Shown piece after piece: positions 38,950 through 48,306 of a DNA stretch of 64,000 nt. Each line of letters begins with the position of its first letter. Position 1 is the first letter of the stretch. Made by a program: the position numbers and the translations under genes. The notes below the pieces were generated by a model that had not been told where the DNA came from, searched no databases, and saw only the letters and a list, made by a program, of their open reading frames with translations. Source of the DNA: an uncultured Anaerolineales bacterium (lineage in GTDB: Bacteria > Chloroflexota > Anaerolineae > CG2-30-64-16). Where the stretch lies: positions 235,898 through 299,897 of the forward strand of contig CAYYTK010000002.1 in assembly GCA_964474695.1 (NCBI GenBank), given 5' to 3'.

Positions 38950-39058
38950 CGCAGGTCATGGCGGCGCCAGGGCTCGCCTTGTATACTTCTACCAAGCATC
39001 AATCTACCGATCAATCGATGTACCCGTCCGCCATCACACCTCAATGAGGAGGCACTTC

Positions 39059-40150
39059 ATGGACATCGGCATCCCCAAACAACGCCGTCCGTTCGACTAC
39101 CGAGCAGGGCTGACCCCGATGGGGGTTAAGCTCCTGACCGAGTTTGGCCACCGCGTCTACGTGGAGCGCGATGCCGGGCAAGGCAGCGGCTTCGCAGACG
39201 AACGCTACCGTGAAGCCGGCGCGCAGATCGTCTACTCGGTTGAGGAGGTCTACGGCCGCGCCGAGATGATCCTGACCGTATCCCGTCCCCTGCTGCCAGA
39301 GTTTGAGCTGCTGCGCGAGGGCCATATCCTGTGCGGCTTCCTGCATATGGCTGTGGCGCACCCGCGCAAGATCGAAATCCTGTTGGAGCGCGGGGTCACC
39401 GCCATTGCATACGAGACGATCCAGGACGCCGACGGCCACCTGCCCGTCTTGACCGCGGCCAGCCAAATCGCCGGCCGGATGATCGCCTCCATCGCGGCGC
39501 AACTGCTGCAGAACCATGAGGGGGGACACGGCATTCTGATCGGCGGCGTGCCGGGGGTGCCGGCGGCCAACGTGGTGATCCTGGGCGCAGGGATCGTCGG
39601 CACCAACGCGGCCAAAGTGTTTGAAGCGATGGGTGCGAACCTCTACATCCTCGACACGGACCTGCGCAAACTGCAACTGCTGGAGGACCACGGCTCCCGA
39701 GCACATACCGTCGTCGCCCACGATTTCAACATCGCCAAGGCCGTCAAGCGCGCCGATGTATTGGTGGGGGCCGTGCTGATCCCCGGCGCGCGTGCACCGC
39801 ACGTCGTGACCCGCGAGATGGTGCGCACGATGAAGCCGCGTTCGGTGATCATGGACGTGTCCATCGACCAGGGCGGTTGCATCGAAACCAGCCGCCCCAC
39901 CACCTATCAGAGCCCCACCTATATCGATGAGGGCGTGATCCATTATTGCGTGCCGAATATGACCGGCGTGATCGCGCGGACCACGACACATGCCGTCAAT
40001 AATGCTGCCTGGCCCTATATCCTTGAGATCGCCCAGAAGGGGCTCGACCTGGCCCTGATCGGTGACCCTGCGCTGCGGCAGGGGTTGAACACGCATAATG
40101 GCGCTATTGTCCATCCTGCGCTGCGCGAGTCGCTGGAGGGAATCGCATGA
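39059..40150 (+). CDS. ald: Alanine dehydrogenase
   Basis: MDIGIPKQ...LTP.GV..L...GH.V.VE..AG.GSGF.DE.Y..AGA.IV and VIILGAGIVGTNAA are the Ald family pattern. Confidence 0.85.
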   Translation: MDIGIPKQRRPFDYRAGLTPMGVKLLTEFGHRVYVERDAGQGSGFADERYREAGAQIVYSVEEVYGRAEMILTVSRPLLPEFELLREGHILCGFLHMAVAHPRKIEILLERGVTAIAYETIQDADGHLPVLTAASQIAGRMIASIAAQLLQNHEGGHGILIGGVPGVPAANVVILGAGIVGTNAAKVFEAMGANLYILDTDLRKLQLLEDHGSRAHTVVAHDFNIAKAVKRADVLVGAVLIPGARAPHVVTREMVRTMKPRSVIMDVSIDQGGCIETSRPTTYQSPTYIDEGVIHYCVPNMTGVIARTTTHAVNNAAWPYILEIAQKGLDLALIGDPALRQGLNTHNGAIVHPALRESLEGIA

Positions 40151-41442
40151 GGAGCACTCCCTATCATAGCAAGCTCTGTTCAGCGGATGTCGCCGTGCAA
40201 GCGGTCAAATCGCATCATCGCGTCTTCATGACCGGCAACTGCTCAGTGCCCAAGGAATTGTTGGGCGCGTTGGTGCGCCGTGCACCGCAGTTGGAAGATG
40301 TGGAAATCGTCCAGGTGCTCACCATGGGTCCGGCCGAGTATGTGGAGCCGGAGATGCAAGGGCACATCCGTGTGAACAGCCTCTTCATCAGCCATAACGT
40401 GCGCAAGGCAGTCAACGAAGGTCGCGCGGATTTCACACCCATTTTCCTCAGCGAGATCCCGCGTGCCCTGCGCGACCCCAATCTGCTTAAGCCAAATGTG
40501 GCCATGGTGCATTGTTCGCCGCCGGATGAGCACGGCTTCTGCACGTTCGGCGTCGAAGTGGGCCTGACCAAGCCCGCGGCCGAAGCCGCCGACGTCGTGA
40601 TCGCCGAGGTGAACGATCAGATGCCGCGCGCCCTGGGCGACAGTTTCATCCACATCAGCCGGCTCACCCACATCGTGCCGGTCAGCTACCCCATCGTGGA
40701 AGTGCCCATGGGGGCGCCCGGCGAGCTGCAGAAGCGCATCGCCAGCCACATCGCAGATCTGATTCCGAACGGCGCCACCATGCAGATGGGCATCGGCGAG
40801 ATTCCTGATGCCGTATTGCTCTACTTGAAGGACAAAAAGGACCTGGGAGTCCATACCGAGCTGTTCTCGGATGGCGTCATGGATCTGATCGAGGCGGGGG
40901 TGTTGACCAATGCCGCGAAGACCCTCCACCGCGGCAAGTGTGTTGCCGGGTTTGCGCTGGGTTCGCAGCGGCTGTATGAATACATGGACAACAACCCCAT
41001 GTTCGAGTTCCACCCGCAGGACTACGTCAACGACCCGTTCATCATCGCCCAGAACAACAAGCAGGTGGCCATCAACTCGGCCATCGAGGTAGACCTGACG
41101 GGACAAGTGTGCGCCGACTCCATCGGTACGCAGTTCTACAGCGGCGTCGGCGGCCAGCTCGATTTCATCTACGGCGCATCCCGCTCGCCGGGCGGCGTGC
41201 CGATCATCGCTCTGCCTGCGACGGCGAAAGATGGCGCGGTCAGCCGCATCGTGCCGACGCTCAAGCCCGGCGCGGGCATTGTGACCTCGCGCTACCACGT
41301 GCACTACGTTGTCACCGAGTACGGCGTCGCTGACCTGCATAGCAAGACCATCCGCCAGCGCGTGCAGGCATTGATCAATATCGCCGCTCCGCAGTTTCGT
41401 GAAGAACTGGCGCACTTCGCGCGGGAGCAGCACTGGATTTAG
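40147..41442 (+). CDS. Acetyl-CoA hydrolase/transferase family protein (4-hydroxybutyrate CoA-transferase-like)
   Basis: 431 aa. ...MQMGIGEIPDAV...INSAIEVDLTGQV...SGVGGQLDF fits the family pattern. ATGA overlap with ald. Confidence 0.8.
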   Translation: MRSTPYHSKLCSADVAVQAVKSHHRVFMTGNCSVPKELLGALVRRAPQLEDVEIVQVLTMGPAEYVEPEMQGHIRVNSLFISHNVRKAVNEGRADFTPIFLSEIPRALRDPNLLKPNVAMVHCSPPDEHGFCTFGVEVGLTKPAAEAADVVIAEVNDQMPRALGDSFIHISRLTHIVPVSYPIVEVPMGAPGELQKRIASHIADLIPNGATMQMGIGEIPDAVLLYLKDKKDLGVHTELFSDGVMDLIEAGVLTNAAKTLHRGKCVAGFALGSQRLYEYMDNNPMFEFHPQDYVNDPFIIAQNNKQVAINSAIEVDLTGQVCADSIGTQFYSGVGGQLDFIYGASRSPGGVPIIALPATAKDGAVSRIVPTLKPGAGIVTSRYHVHYVVTEYGVADLHSKTIRQRVQALINIAAPQFREELAHFAREQHWI

Positions 41443-41463
41443 GCGCTCACGTAATTCTCAAAG

Positions 41464-41495
41464 AGAAACCTGGTTTCTTGCAGAACCAGGTTTCT
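41464..41495. repeat. Double-palindrome repeat, copy 3 (AGAAACCTGGTTTCT-tgc-AGAACCAGGTTTCT)
   Basis: Read directly, 22 nt after the CoA-transferase stop and followed by TTTT. Confidence 0.7.
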
Positions 41496-41510
41496 TTTGG
41501 CTCAAAGGAG

Positions 41511-42212
41511 ATGTTACTCTTGAACAAAACCCCGGTTGCCCTGCTTCGCTGGCTGATCACCCTGGCGCTACCTGTCTTCATTGTCTTGGTGGCGGCGCGG
41601 GTGGTGGTCAACACCTGGTATCCCCGCTTCGAATATGCCAAGCCGGATTTCCCGCCCGACAGTTACGGCTTCACTCAAGCCCAACGCCTTGAGCTCGGCG
41701 CCATCTGCATCGACTTCCTGAATGCCCCGGAACCGCCCGATGAGGCCATTCGGATGCTCGTGGCGCTGCGTCTGCCCGGCACCAGCCAACCGCTCTTCAA
41801 CACGTACGAATTGAGCCACATGATCGACGTCAAACGCCTGACCGATGTGCTGTGGCGCGTGCTGCTGGCTGCCGGCATCATCGTGGTCGCGGGGTTGGCC
41901 GGCTTGCTGGCCCGTCGGGCGACGCGGCGCGACGGCTACGCGGCGTTGTTCATGGGCGGCGCGCTCACATCCGGCCTGCTGGCGGTCATGATTGCGTTGG
42001 TCCTGCTGTCGTGGCGCTGGTTCTTCATCGCCTTTCACGACATTTTCTTTGCGGCCGGCACCTGGACCTTCGACTGGAGCGACTCGCTGATCCGGCTGTT
42101 CCCCGACCGCTTCTGGTTCGATGCCGGCGTCTTGCTGGTTGGCGGCGCATTGGCGCTGGCGCTGGCAACGACGGCTGTCGGATTCGTGCTCGGAAAACGC
42201 ACAGCGAAATAA
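41511..42212 (+). CDS. Integral membrane protein, TIGR01906/DUF1461-like
   Basis: ...YELSHMIDVKRL... and ...FHDIFF..GTWTF......LFPDRFW recalled as the family pattern. 4 TM helices. Start placed after the repeat. Confidence 0.55.
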   Translation: MLLLNKTPVALLRWLITLALPVFIVLVAARVVVNTWYPRFEYAKPDFPPDSYGFTQAQRLELGAICIDFLNAPEPPDEAIRMLVALRLPGTSQPLFNTYELSHMIDVKRLTDVLWRVLLAAGIIVVAGLAGLLARRATRRDGYAALFMGGALTSGLLAVMIALVLLSWRWFFIAFHDIFFAAGTWTFDWSDSLIRLFPDRFWFDAGVLLVGGALALALATTAVGFVLGKRTAK

Positions 42213-42302
42213 CCAACTGCGCACCACCACCTTTTGTGTAGCAGATGAGCGCGTGATACAATCACGCCTGTTTTCCGCCTGATCTTCCTGCAGGAGCTGC
42301 TT

Positions 42303-42947
42303 ATGTCAAAAACGTCTCGCGGCATCGAGATCAATCACAGCGACGTCCCCATCCGCCTGTTCAAGTCGGACTTCCTGGAGTTCTTCACCCACATCAGCCC
42401 CGTTGCCGTGCTGGTGATCTGGGCGCCGGTGGTGGCATACTTCCTGATACGCGCCATCCGGAATGTGCTGGCGGGCGGCGCGTGGTTGATCATCCCGGTC
42501 GGTTTCATTGCCGGCGTCGCGATCTGGACGTTTGCCGAGTACACGTTACACCGCTTCCTGTTCCATTACCACGCCAAAGGCGAGCGCGCACAACGGATCT
42601 TCTTCCTTTTCCACGGCGTACACCATGCCCAGCCGCAACTCAAAACCCGCCTGGTGATGCCGCCGGTGGTCAGCATCCCGCTGGCTGCAATCTTCTACGG
42701 CTTGTTCTACCTGGTTGTGGCTGTCCTTCTCAAGGGGCCGCAATGGGTCGAGCCGCTCTTCGCCGGCTTCATGGTGGGGTATCTGGCCTACGATCTGATC
42801 CACTATGCCACGCATCACTTCAAGATGAGATCAGGATACTGGAAGTACATCAAACGGTATCACATGGCCCATCACTTCAAGGCGCCCAACGCCCTCTACG
42901 GCGTCAGCTCGCCCATTTGGGACTATGTGTTCAAAACGACCGCCTGA
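42303..42947 (+). CDS. Fatty acid hydroxylase / sterol desaturase family membrane protein
   Basis: Histidine boxes HRFLFHYH, HGVHH and HYATHHF...HMAHHF. Confidence 0.75.
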   Translation: MSKTSRGIEINHSDVPIRLFKSDFLEFFTHISPVAVLVIWAPVVAYFLIRAIRNVLAGGAWLIIPVGFIAGVAIWTFAEYTLHRFLFHYHAKGERAQRIFFLFHGVHHAQPQLKTRLVMPPVVSIPLAAIFYGLFYLVVAVLLKGPQWVEPLFAGFMVGYLAYDLIHYATHHFKMRSGYWKYIKRYHMAHHFKAPNALYGVSSPIWDYVFKTTA

Positions 42948-42994
42948 TCCGGTCGATTTCGGATTTGGACTGAAGCAGGGAAGAGGAAGCAACC

Positions 42995-44668
42995 ATGAGC
43001 CAACTGGCTGAACGCAAAGCTGCGTGGGAAGAGAAGCGCGTGGCCGCACTGATCGCTCGGGCGCCGGAACGCCGGCCGCACTTCGAAACCAGTTCCGGCA
43101 TCCCGGTGGAGCGCGTCTACACACCGGACGCGGCCGCCGAGGCGTGCCCGCAGGTTGCCGAGGATTACCTGGCCCGTTTGGGCTTTCCCGGCGAATACCC
43201 GTTCACGCGCGGCGTGCAACCGACGATGTATCGCGGCCGCTTCTGGACCATGCGCCAATATGCAGGCTTCGGCACGGCCGCCGAAAGCAACCAGCGCTAT
43301 CAGTACCTGTTGGCTCAAGGGCAAACCGGCCTCAGCGTGGCGTTCGACCTGCCCACCCAGATCGGCTATGACGCGGATGAGCCCATCTGTTTGGGTGAGG
43401 TCGGCAAAGTGGGCGTGGCTATCTCCTCGTTAGCCGACATGGAGACGCTGCTGGACGGCATCCCCCTGGACAAGGTCAGCATCAGCATGACCATCAACGC
43501 ACCGGCTGCAATCCTGCTGGCGATGGTGATCGCGGTGGCGCAGCGCCAGGGGGTGGATCCCAGGCAGCTCCGCGGCACGGTGCAGAACGACATCCTGAAA
43601 GAATACATCGCGCGCGGCACCTATATCTTTCCGCCCGCGCCATCCATGCGGCTGATCACCGATCTGTTTCGTTATTGTGCGGCCGAGGTGCCCAACTGGA
43701 ACACGATCAGCATCTCCGGCTACCACATCCGTGAGGCAGGCAGCACCGCCGTCCAGGAGGTGGCCTTCACACTGGCGAACGGCATCGAGTACGTCAAAGC
43801 TGCCATCGATGCCGGCCTCGCCGTGGATGAATTTGGGCCGCAACTGGCGTTTTTCTTCAACGCCCACAACAACTTCCTGGAAGAAGTCGCCAAATTCCGG
43901 GCGGCGCGACGGATTTGGGCGGCGATCATGCGCGACCGCTTCGGCGCTGCAGATCCCAAGAGCTGGCAGCTTCGCTTCCACACGCAGACCGCCGGCTCAA
44001 CCCTGACCGCGCAGCAGCCGGAGAACAACATCGTGCGCGTCACCCTTCAGGCGCTGGCGGCCGTGCTGGGCGGCACGCAAAGCCTGCACACCAACTCCAA
44101 GGACGAGGCATTGGCCTTGCCCTCCGAGGGGGCGGTCGAGGTGGCGCTGCGGACCCAACAGATCATCGCCTATGAATCGGGTGTGGCCGATACCATCGAC
44201 CCCCTGGCCGGCTCCTATTATGTCGAGCAGTTGACTGATGACATCGAACGCCGCGCATTAGCCTATATCGAGAAGATCGATGCCCTGGGCGGTGCGCGCC
44301 GCGCCATCGAAGCCGGCTTCGTTCAGCAGGAGATTCACGACGCTGCCTATACCGCGCTGCGCGCGGTGGAAGGCGGCGAACAGGTCGTGGTCGGCGTCAA
44401 TAAGTTCCAGCGCGCGCACGAATCGCTGCCTGCTGACTTGCTCAAGATCGACGAGGCGGTCCAGGCCGAGCAAATCGCCCGGCTTCGAACCGTGCGGGCC
44501 AATCGGGACGCCGTCAACGTTGCCGACGTCCTGGCCCGCATCAAAAACGCGGCCGAAGACCCGGCCGCACCGCTCATGCCGCTGTTCATCGAAGCGGTCA
44601 GCGCGTATGCCACACTGGGCGAGATTTGCAGCACACTGCGCGGGGTATTCGGGGAGTACCGACCGTAA
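42995..44668 (+). CDS. Methylmalonyl-CoA mutase catalytic (N-terminal) subunit, no B12-binding domain
   Basis: ...[54 protein letters not shown]... is an MCM signature. Confidence 0.9.
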   Translation: MSQLAERKAAWEEKRVAALIARAPERRPHFETSSGIPVERVYTPDAAAEACPQVAEDYLARLGFPGEYPFTRGVQPTMYRGRFWTMRQYAGFGTAAESNQRYQYLLAQGQTGLSVAFDLPTQIGYDADEPICLGEVGKVGVAISSLADMETLLDGIPLDKVSISMTINAPAAILLAMVIAVAQRQGVDPRQLRGTVQNDILKEYIARGTYIFPPAPSMRLITDLFRYCAAEVPNWNTISISGYHIREAGSTAVQEVAFTLANGIEYVKAAIDAGLAVDEFGPQLAFFFNAHNNFLEEVAKFRAARRIWAAIMRDRFGAADPKSWQLRFHTQTAGSTLTAQQPENNIVRVTLQALAAVLGGTQSLHTNSKDEALALPSEGAVEVALRTQQIIAYESGVADTIDPLAGSYYVEQLTDDIERRALAYIEKIDALGGARRAIEAGFVQQEIHDAAYTALRAVEGGEQVVVGVNKFQRAHESLPADLLKIDEAVQAEQIARLRTVRANRDAVNVADVLARIKNAAEDPAAPLMPLFIEAVSAYATLGEICSTLRGVFGEYRP

Positions 44669-44670
44669 CC

Positions 44671-45135
44671 ATGAAAAAGCAACCCACCTCCCGCATGTGC
44701 TTCATCTGCGGTGAGAGCAACCCCGCAGGCGTGCATGTCAGTTTCTACGAACAGGAAGATGGCTCGCTCCTGGCGCGCTTCACGGGGGCTGAACAGCATC
44801 AAGGCTACCCGGGCCGCATGCACGGCGGCGTCATCACAGCCATTCTCGACGAAACGATCGGCCGCGCGATCATGATCCGCCACGGCGAAGCTGTCTGGGG
44901 CGTCACTGCTGAGCTGAATGTGCGGTTCCGCCAACCGGTGCCGCTCGGCATTGAGCTGGCAGCCGTGGGACGGATCACCACAGAGGGCAGCCGTCTTTTC
45001 GAAGGCACCGGCGAGATCCTGCTGCCCGATGGCTCTGTCGCAGTTTCGGCCACGGGCAAATATGTCAAGCTGGATATTAGCAAGATCACCGATTTCGACC
45101 ACCAGCGGGAAGAGTGGTATGTGAGGCCAGACTGA
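44671..45135 (+). CDS. PaaI/hotdog-fold thioesterase
   Basis: ...CFICGESNP.G....F........GRMHGGVITAILDE.IG.A is a hotdog thioesterase pattern. Confidence 0.7.
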   Translation: MKKQPTSRMCFICGESNPAGVHVSFYEQEDGSLLARFTGAEQHQGYPGRMHGGVITAILDETIGRAIMIRHGEAVWGVTAELNVRFRQPVPLGIELAAVGRITTEGSRLFEGTGEILLPDGSVAVSATGKYVKLDISKITDFDHQREEWYVRPD

Positions 45136-45213
45136 GCCGGTAGATTGGTACCTCAGTCGACTGGGAGGTTAGGGTTGGATAAGCGTCCAACCTCCAACCT
45201 CCAAAGGAACACC

Positions 45214-45615
45214 ATGACTATCAAAAAGATCGACCACATCGCTATCGTCGTGGAAAACCTGGAGCGGGCGCTCGGCGTGTATCGGGACGCGCTGGGCATG
45301 GCCGTCACCGATGTGCGCGAGATGCCGGAACAGGACGTCAGGATGGCGTTTCTGCCCAGCGGCGACAGCGAGATCGAGCTGCTGGAGCCGCTCCACGCGG
45401 ATTCGGGCATCGGCAAATACCTGGCGAAGCGCGGCGAGGGGCTGCACCACATCTGCCTGGAAGTAGATGATATCGAGGCCACCCTGGCCGATCTGAAGGC
45501 CAAAGGCAGCCAGCTCATCGACGAGACGCCGAAGCAGGGTGCATACGGCAAAATCGCCTTCATTCACCCCAAGGGCGCGCATGGGGTGTTGGTGGAGCTC
45601 GTACAACGGGACTAG
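45214..45615 (+). CDS. mce: Methylmalonyl-CoA epimerase (VOC/glyoxalase fold)
   Basis: IDHIAIVV.NLE.A...Y...LG......E.....V..AF......EIELLEP......I.K.L..RGEGLHHI.L.V.DI. 133 aa. Confidence 0.85.
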   Translation: MTIKKIDHIAIVVENLERALGVYRDALGMAVTDVREMPEQDVRMAFLPSGDSEIELLEPLHADSGIGKYLAKRGEGLHHICLEVDDIEATLADLKAKGSQLIDETPKQGAYGKIAFIHPKGAHGVLVELVQRD

Positions 45616-45617
45616 GA

Positions 45618-46856
45618 TTGCATCGCCTGAACTTTCTTCGCCGGCCGCCCGACGCGCCGCCAACCCCCGCGCAAACCGAAGCCAACATCCGCAACCTGGT
45701 ATTGGAGATCAGTTGGTTCGGTGTGGCGTGGGGCACGGTGGTGGCTTTCTTGCAGGTGTACATCGTGCGCCTGGGCGCTTCCAGCTTGCTGGTGGGCGCG
45801 ATCACCTACGGACCGGCGCTGATCGGGATCCTGTGGCAAATACCCGCAGGACGCATCGTCACGCGCGCCGGCCACCGCATGGGCTGGTTGATCGGCACGG
45901 GATTTGGCTACCGGCTCCAGTTCCTCCTGGTCGCGCTGATACCGTTCGTCTTCTCGCGCGGCCGCGCCGAGATCACCACTGCGGCCTGGGTGCTGGGCGC
46001 GCTGGCATCCGGCATGAGCAACGTCGTTTTCCTATCCATGATGGCCGACGCGGTGCCGACGAGCCGGATGACCCAGGTGATAGGCTGGCGCATCGCGGGC
46101 TTTGGTCTGGCCAACACGATTGTCACCCTGTTGGGCGGCCAGTTCCTGCAATTCTTGCCCTTTCCGCTCAACTACCAGGTGCTGTTCCTCATCGGCTACG
46201 CGGGATCGATGATCAGCCTGGCATATATACGGCGCATCCATGTGCCCGATCCTGCGCCAGACCGAACCTCGCACCCGGCGTTTTGGCGCGACCTGGGCCG
46301 GATGCTGCGCTATCCGCGTTTTGGCCGTTTCCTGCTCGCGGTGGGCGTGCTGCAACTGGCCCTGGGGATGAGCGCACCGCTGCTGCCGCTCTATTGGGTG
46401 CGCAGCCTCAACGCCAGCGACGCACAGGTCAGCGTCATCATGACCGTGGCCTCAGGCACGCTGGTGATCGGCTCGCTGCTGATGCGCCGGCTGGTGTCCC
46501 GGATCGGCCGGGAGCGCGCGCTTGCGGCCGGCGCAGTGGGCTACGCCTTCTATCCGCTGCTCACCTCGTTGACGCCATCGGTGTGGTGGTTGGCGCCGTG
46601 GGCCGCCCTATCAGGCCTGTTCAACTCAGCCTTCACCGTCACCCTGTTCGACAATCTGGTCTCCGTCACCCCGATGGAAGATCGCACCAACTATATGGCT
46701 GTTTACAACGTGGCGGTGAACATTGCGCTGTTCGCGGGACCGATCCTGGCAGGCCTGCTGGCGCGCGATGCTGCCGGCATCGAGGTCGGGTTGCGGGCCG
46801 CTGCCGTCGTGTGCCTGGCCGCAGGAGCGCTGCTGGCGCTGCGCAAAGAGACTTAA
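45618..46856 (+). CDS. MFS transporter
   Basis: About 12 hydrophobic segments and 412 aa. TTG start 2 nt after the epimerase stop. Confidence 0.7.
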   Translation: MHRLNFLRRPPDAPPTPAQTEANIRNLVLEISWFGVAWGTVVAFLQVYIVRLGASSLLVGAITYGPALIGILWQIPAGRIVTRAGHRMGWLIGTGFGYRLQFLLVALIPFVFSRGRAEITTAAWVLGALASGMSNVVFLSMMADAVPTSRMTQVIGWRIAGFGLANTIVTLLGGQFLQFLPFPLNYQVLFLIGYAGSMISLAYIRRIHVPDPAPDRTSHPAFWRDLGRMLRYPRFGRFLLAVGVLQLALGMSAPLLPLYWVRSLNASDAQVSVIMTVASGTLVIGSLLMRRLVSRIGRERALAAGAVGYAFYPLLTSLTPSVWWLAPWAALSGLFNSAFTVTLFDNLVSVTPMEDRTNYMAVYNVAVNIALFAGPILAGLLARDAAGIEVGLRAAAVVCLAAGALLALRKET

Positions 46857-46912
46857 CCCCCGACCGCATCGTCATCAATTCCGCACCCACGATATCTGAG
46901 ATGCGAAAGTCC

Positions 46913-47968
46913 TCACCGTTTCGGTGCTAAGGCAGGATCACCCGGTCTATCCTGCACCTGCCAGCCCAATGCCTCAATGCGAACCCGCAACGCATCCGCG
47001 GCCCCCCAATCGCGGCGATCGCGCGCGGCCTGGCGCTCTTCGACCAGCGTCAGCACCTCGGCCGGAGGCTGGGCCGCCCCTTCATCGGCTTCATGCGCGG
47101 CCAACGCCTCGGCCCATATCTCCGGCGGCAGGCCCGCATCCGGCTCAGGCCAGGCAAACGGGCCGAACTCAGCCAGCGAAAATCGCCCGCCCTGAGAGAA
47201 CGTCTGCACCTGCGGGCCGTGCAACACGGTGACGTCGCCCGCCCCCATCACCTCGGCAGCCCCATCGGCCAGATCGATGGCCAGCGCGGTGTGCTCGTCG
47301 ATGCCGACCACCGTGGCGTCGGGCGGCAGCATGGCCAGCAACTTCTCGAAACGCGACCGGCCCATGAAGCAGCGGCTTGTGTCCAACTCCGCACCGCCCT
47401 CGGTGTTGTTCCAGTGCGGCACAAAAACCAGGTTGAGGCCGTAAGGGCCGAAAAGATCCAGCCCCGGCTGCCAATACAGATCGTGGCCGGCCTTGTAGAT
47501 CTCGTAAACGGGCAGCGCGTACGCGCTGATGGCCACCACGGTCGCGCTGGCGAACGCCACCGTCGCGCCGATCCGCTGCCGAGCGATCAGGCGGCGCCAG
47601 GCCAGGCTATCACGCAACTGCCGCACGGCATAGGTGGGGCTGCCCGGCCCCATGAAGAGCAGGTCAGCGCGCAGCAAGGGGCCGGTGATCGTCGGGTCAT
47701 CCGGGCTGAAATGCGTCCCACGTTGGCGCGCCGGGACTACCGTGATGTCGGGGCGGTAATTGCCCAGGCGGACAGCGAGAAAGTCCGCCACGCGGCCCGC
47801 CACCCGGTCGGAGTTGAGCTCGAAACCGGCCGGCGTCTCCAACACGGCGACCCGGAGCGGCGTCGGCAGCACGCGCGCCAGGCTTTCAAACACCCGGCCG
47901 CCGGCTAACGACGTCTCGCCGGAACCCAGCAGCGCGATCCGTCCCGGCGCATGTCCTTCAATATGCAT
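46913..47968 (-). CDS. Peptidase S51/cyanophycinase-like (class I GATase-like) protein with a CysRS-type C-terminal domain
   Basis: The N-terminus RIALLGSGETS...LFMGPGSPTY resembles S51-like proteins. The C-terminus ...RQAARDRRDWGAADALRVRIEALGWQVQD... resembles the C-terminal tail of cysteinyl-tRNA synthetases. GGAGGGA RBS upstream of the ATG at 47968. Confidence 0.5.
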   Translation of the reverse strand: MHIEGHAPGRIALLGSGETSLAGGRVFESLARVLPTPLRVAVLETPAGFELNSDRVAGRVADFLAVRLGNYRPDITVVPARQRGTHFSPDDPTITGPLLRADLLFMGPGSPTYAVRQLRDSLAWRRLIARQRIGATVAFASATVVAISAYALPVYEIYKAGHDLYWQPGLDLFGPYGLNLVFVPHWNNTEGGAELDTSRCFMGRSRFEKLLAMLPPDATVVGIDEHTALAIDLADGAAEVMGAGDVTVLHGPQVQTFSQGGRFSLAEFGPFAWPEPDAGLPPEIWAEALAAHEADEGAAQPPAEVLTLVEERQAARDRRDWGAADALRVRIEALGWQVQDRPGDPALAPKR

Positions 47969-48009
47969 CTTTGATCTCCCTCCAGCCCTATTATCGGGCA
48001 TTAAGGGCA

Positions 48010-48038
48010 TTGACGTCCAGTATGACTGTGTGTATAAT
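48010..48038 (+). promoter_or_regulatory. Near-consensus sigma70 promoter upstream of the liv-type operon
   Basis: TTGACG-17 nt-TATAAT with a TGTG extended -10. It is followed by a leader of about 260 nt before the ATG at 48307. Confidence 0.6.
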
Positions 48039-48306
48039 GCTGCTGCATTCTTGCGCAGGCTGTTTCGCCGCTGAGACGTGACAGCAGAAGACAACCCCAG
48101 TTGCACAACAGGCAAAGGCGCCGGGCGTCGTTGTCTGCGCCTTGATCTTGCCGGCGTGGCCCCATCTGGCGGCCTTACGCCACACGACGGAAAGGGGGTG
48201 CATCCAGCGCGACTCCAAGATCGGTTTTCCGTAATGACCGCTCAGGTCAGTCAAGCTCACGTCGCACATCAACCGTTCGCTCGAAACCCAAGGAGGAGAA
48301 ACACTC

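Noticed and set aside
48039-48306. T-box leader or leader-peptide attenuator upstream of the amino-acid transporter operon
   Set aside because: There is no T-box consensus (AAnnnGGGUGGnACCGCG-like) and no short ORF with an RBS enriched in branched-chain codons. It is kept only as an unclassified leader.
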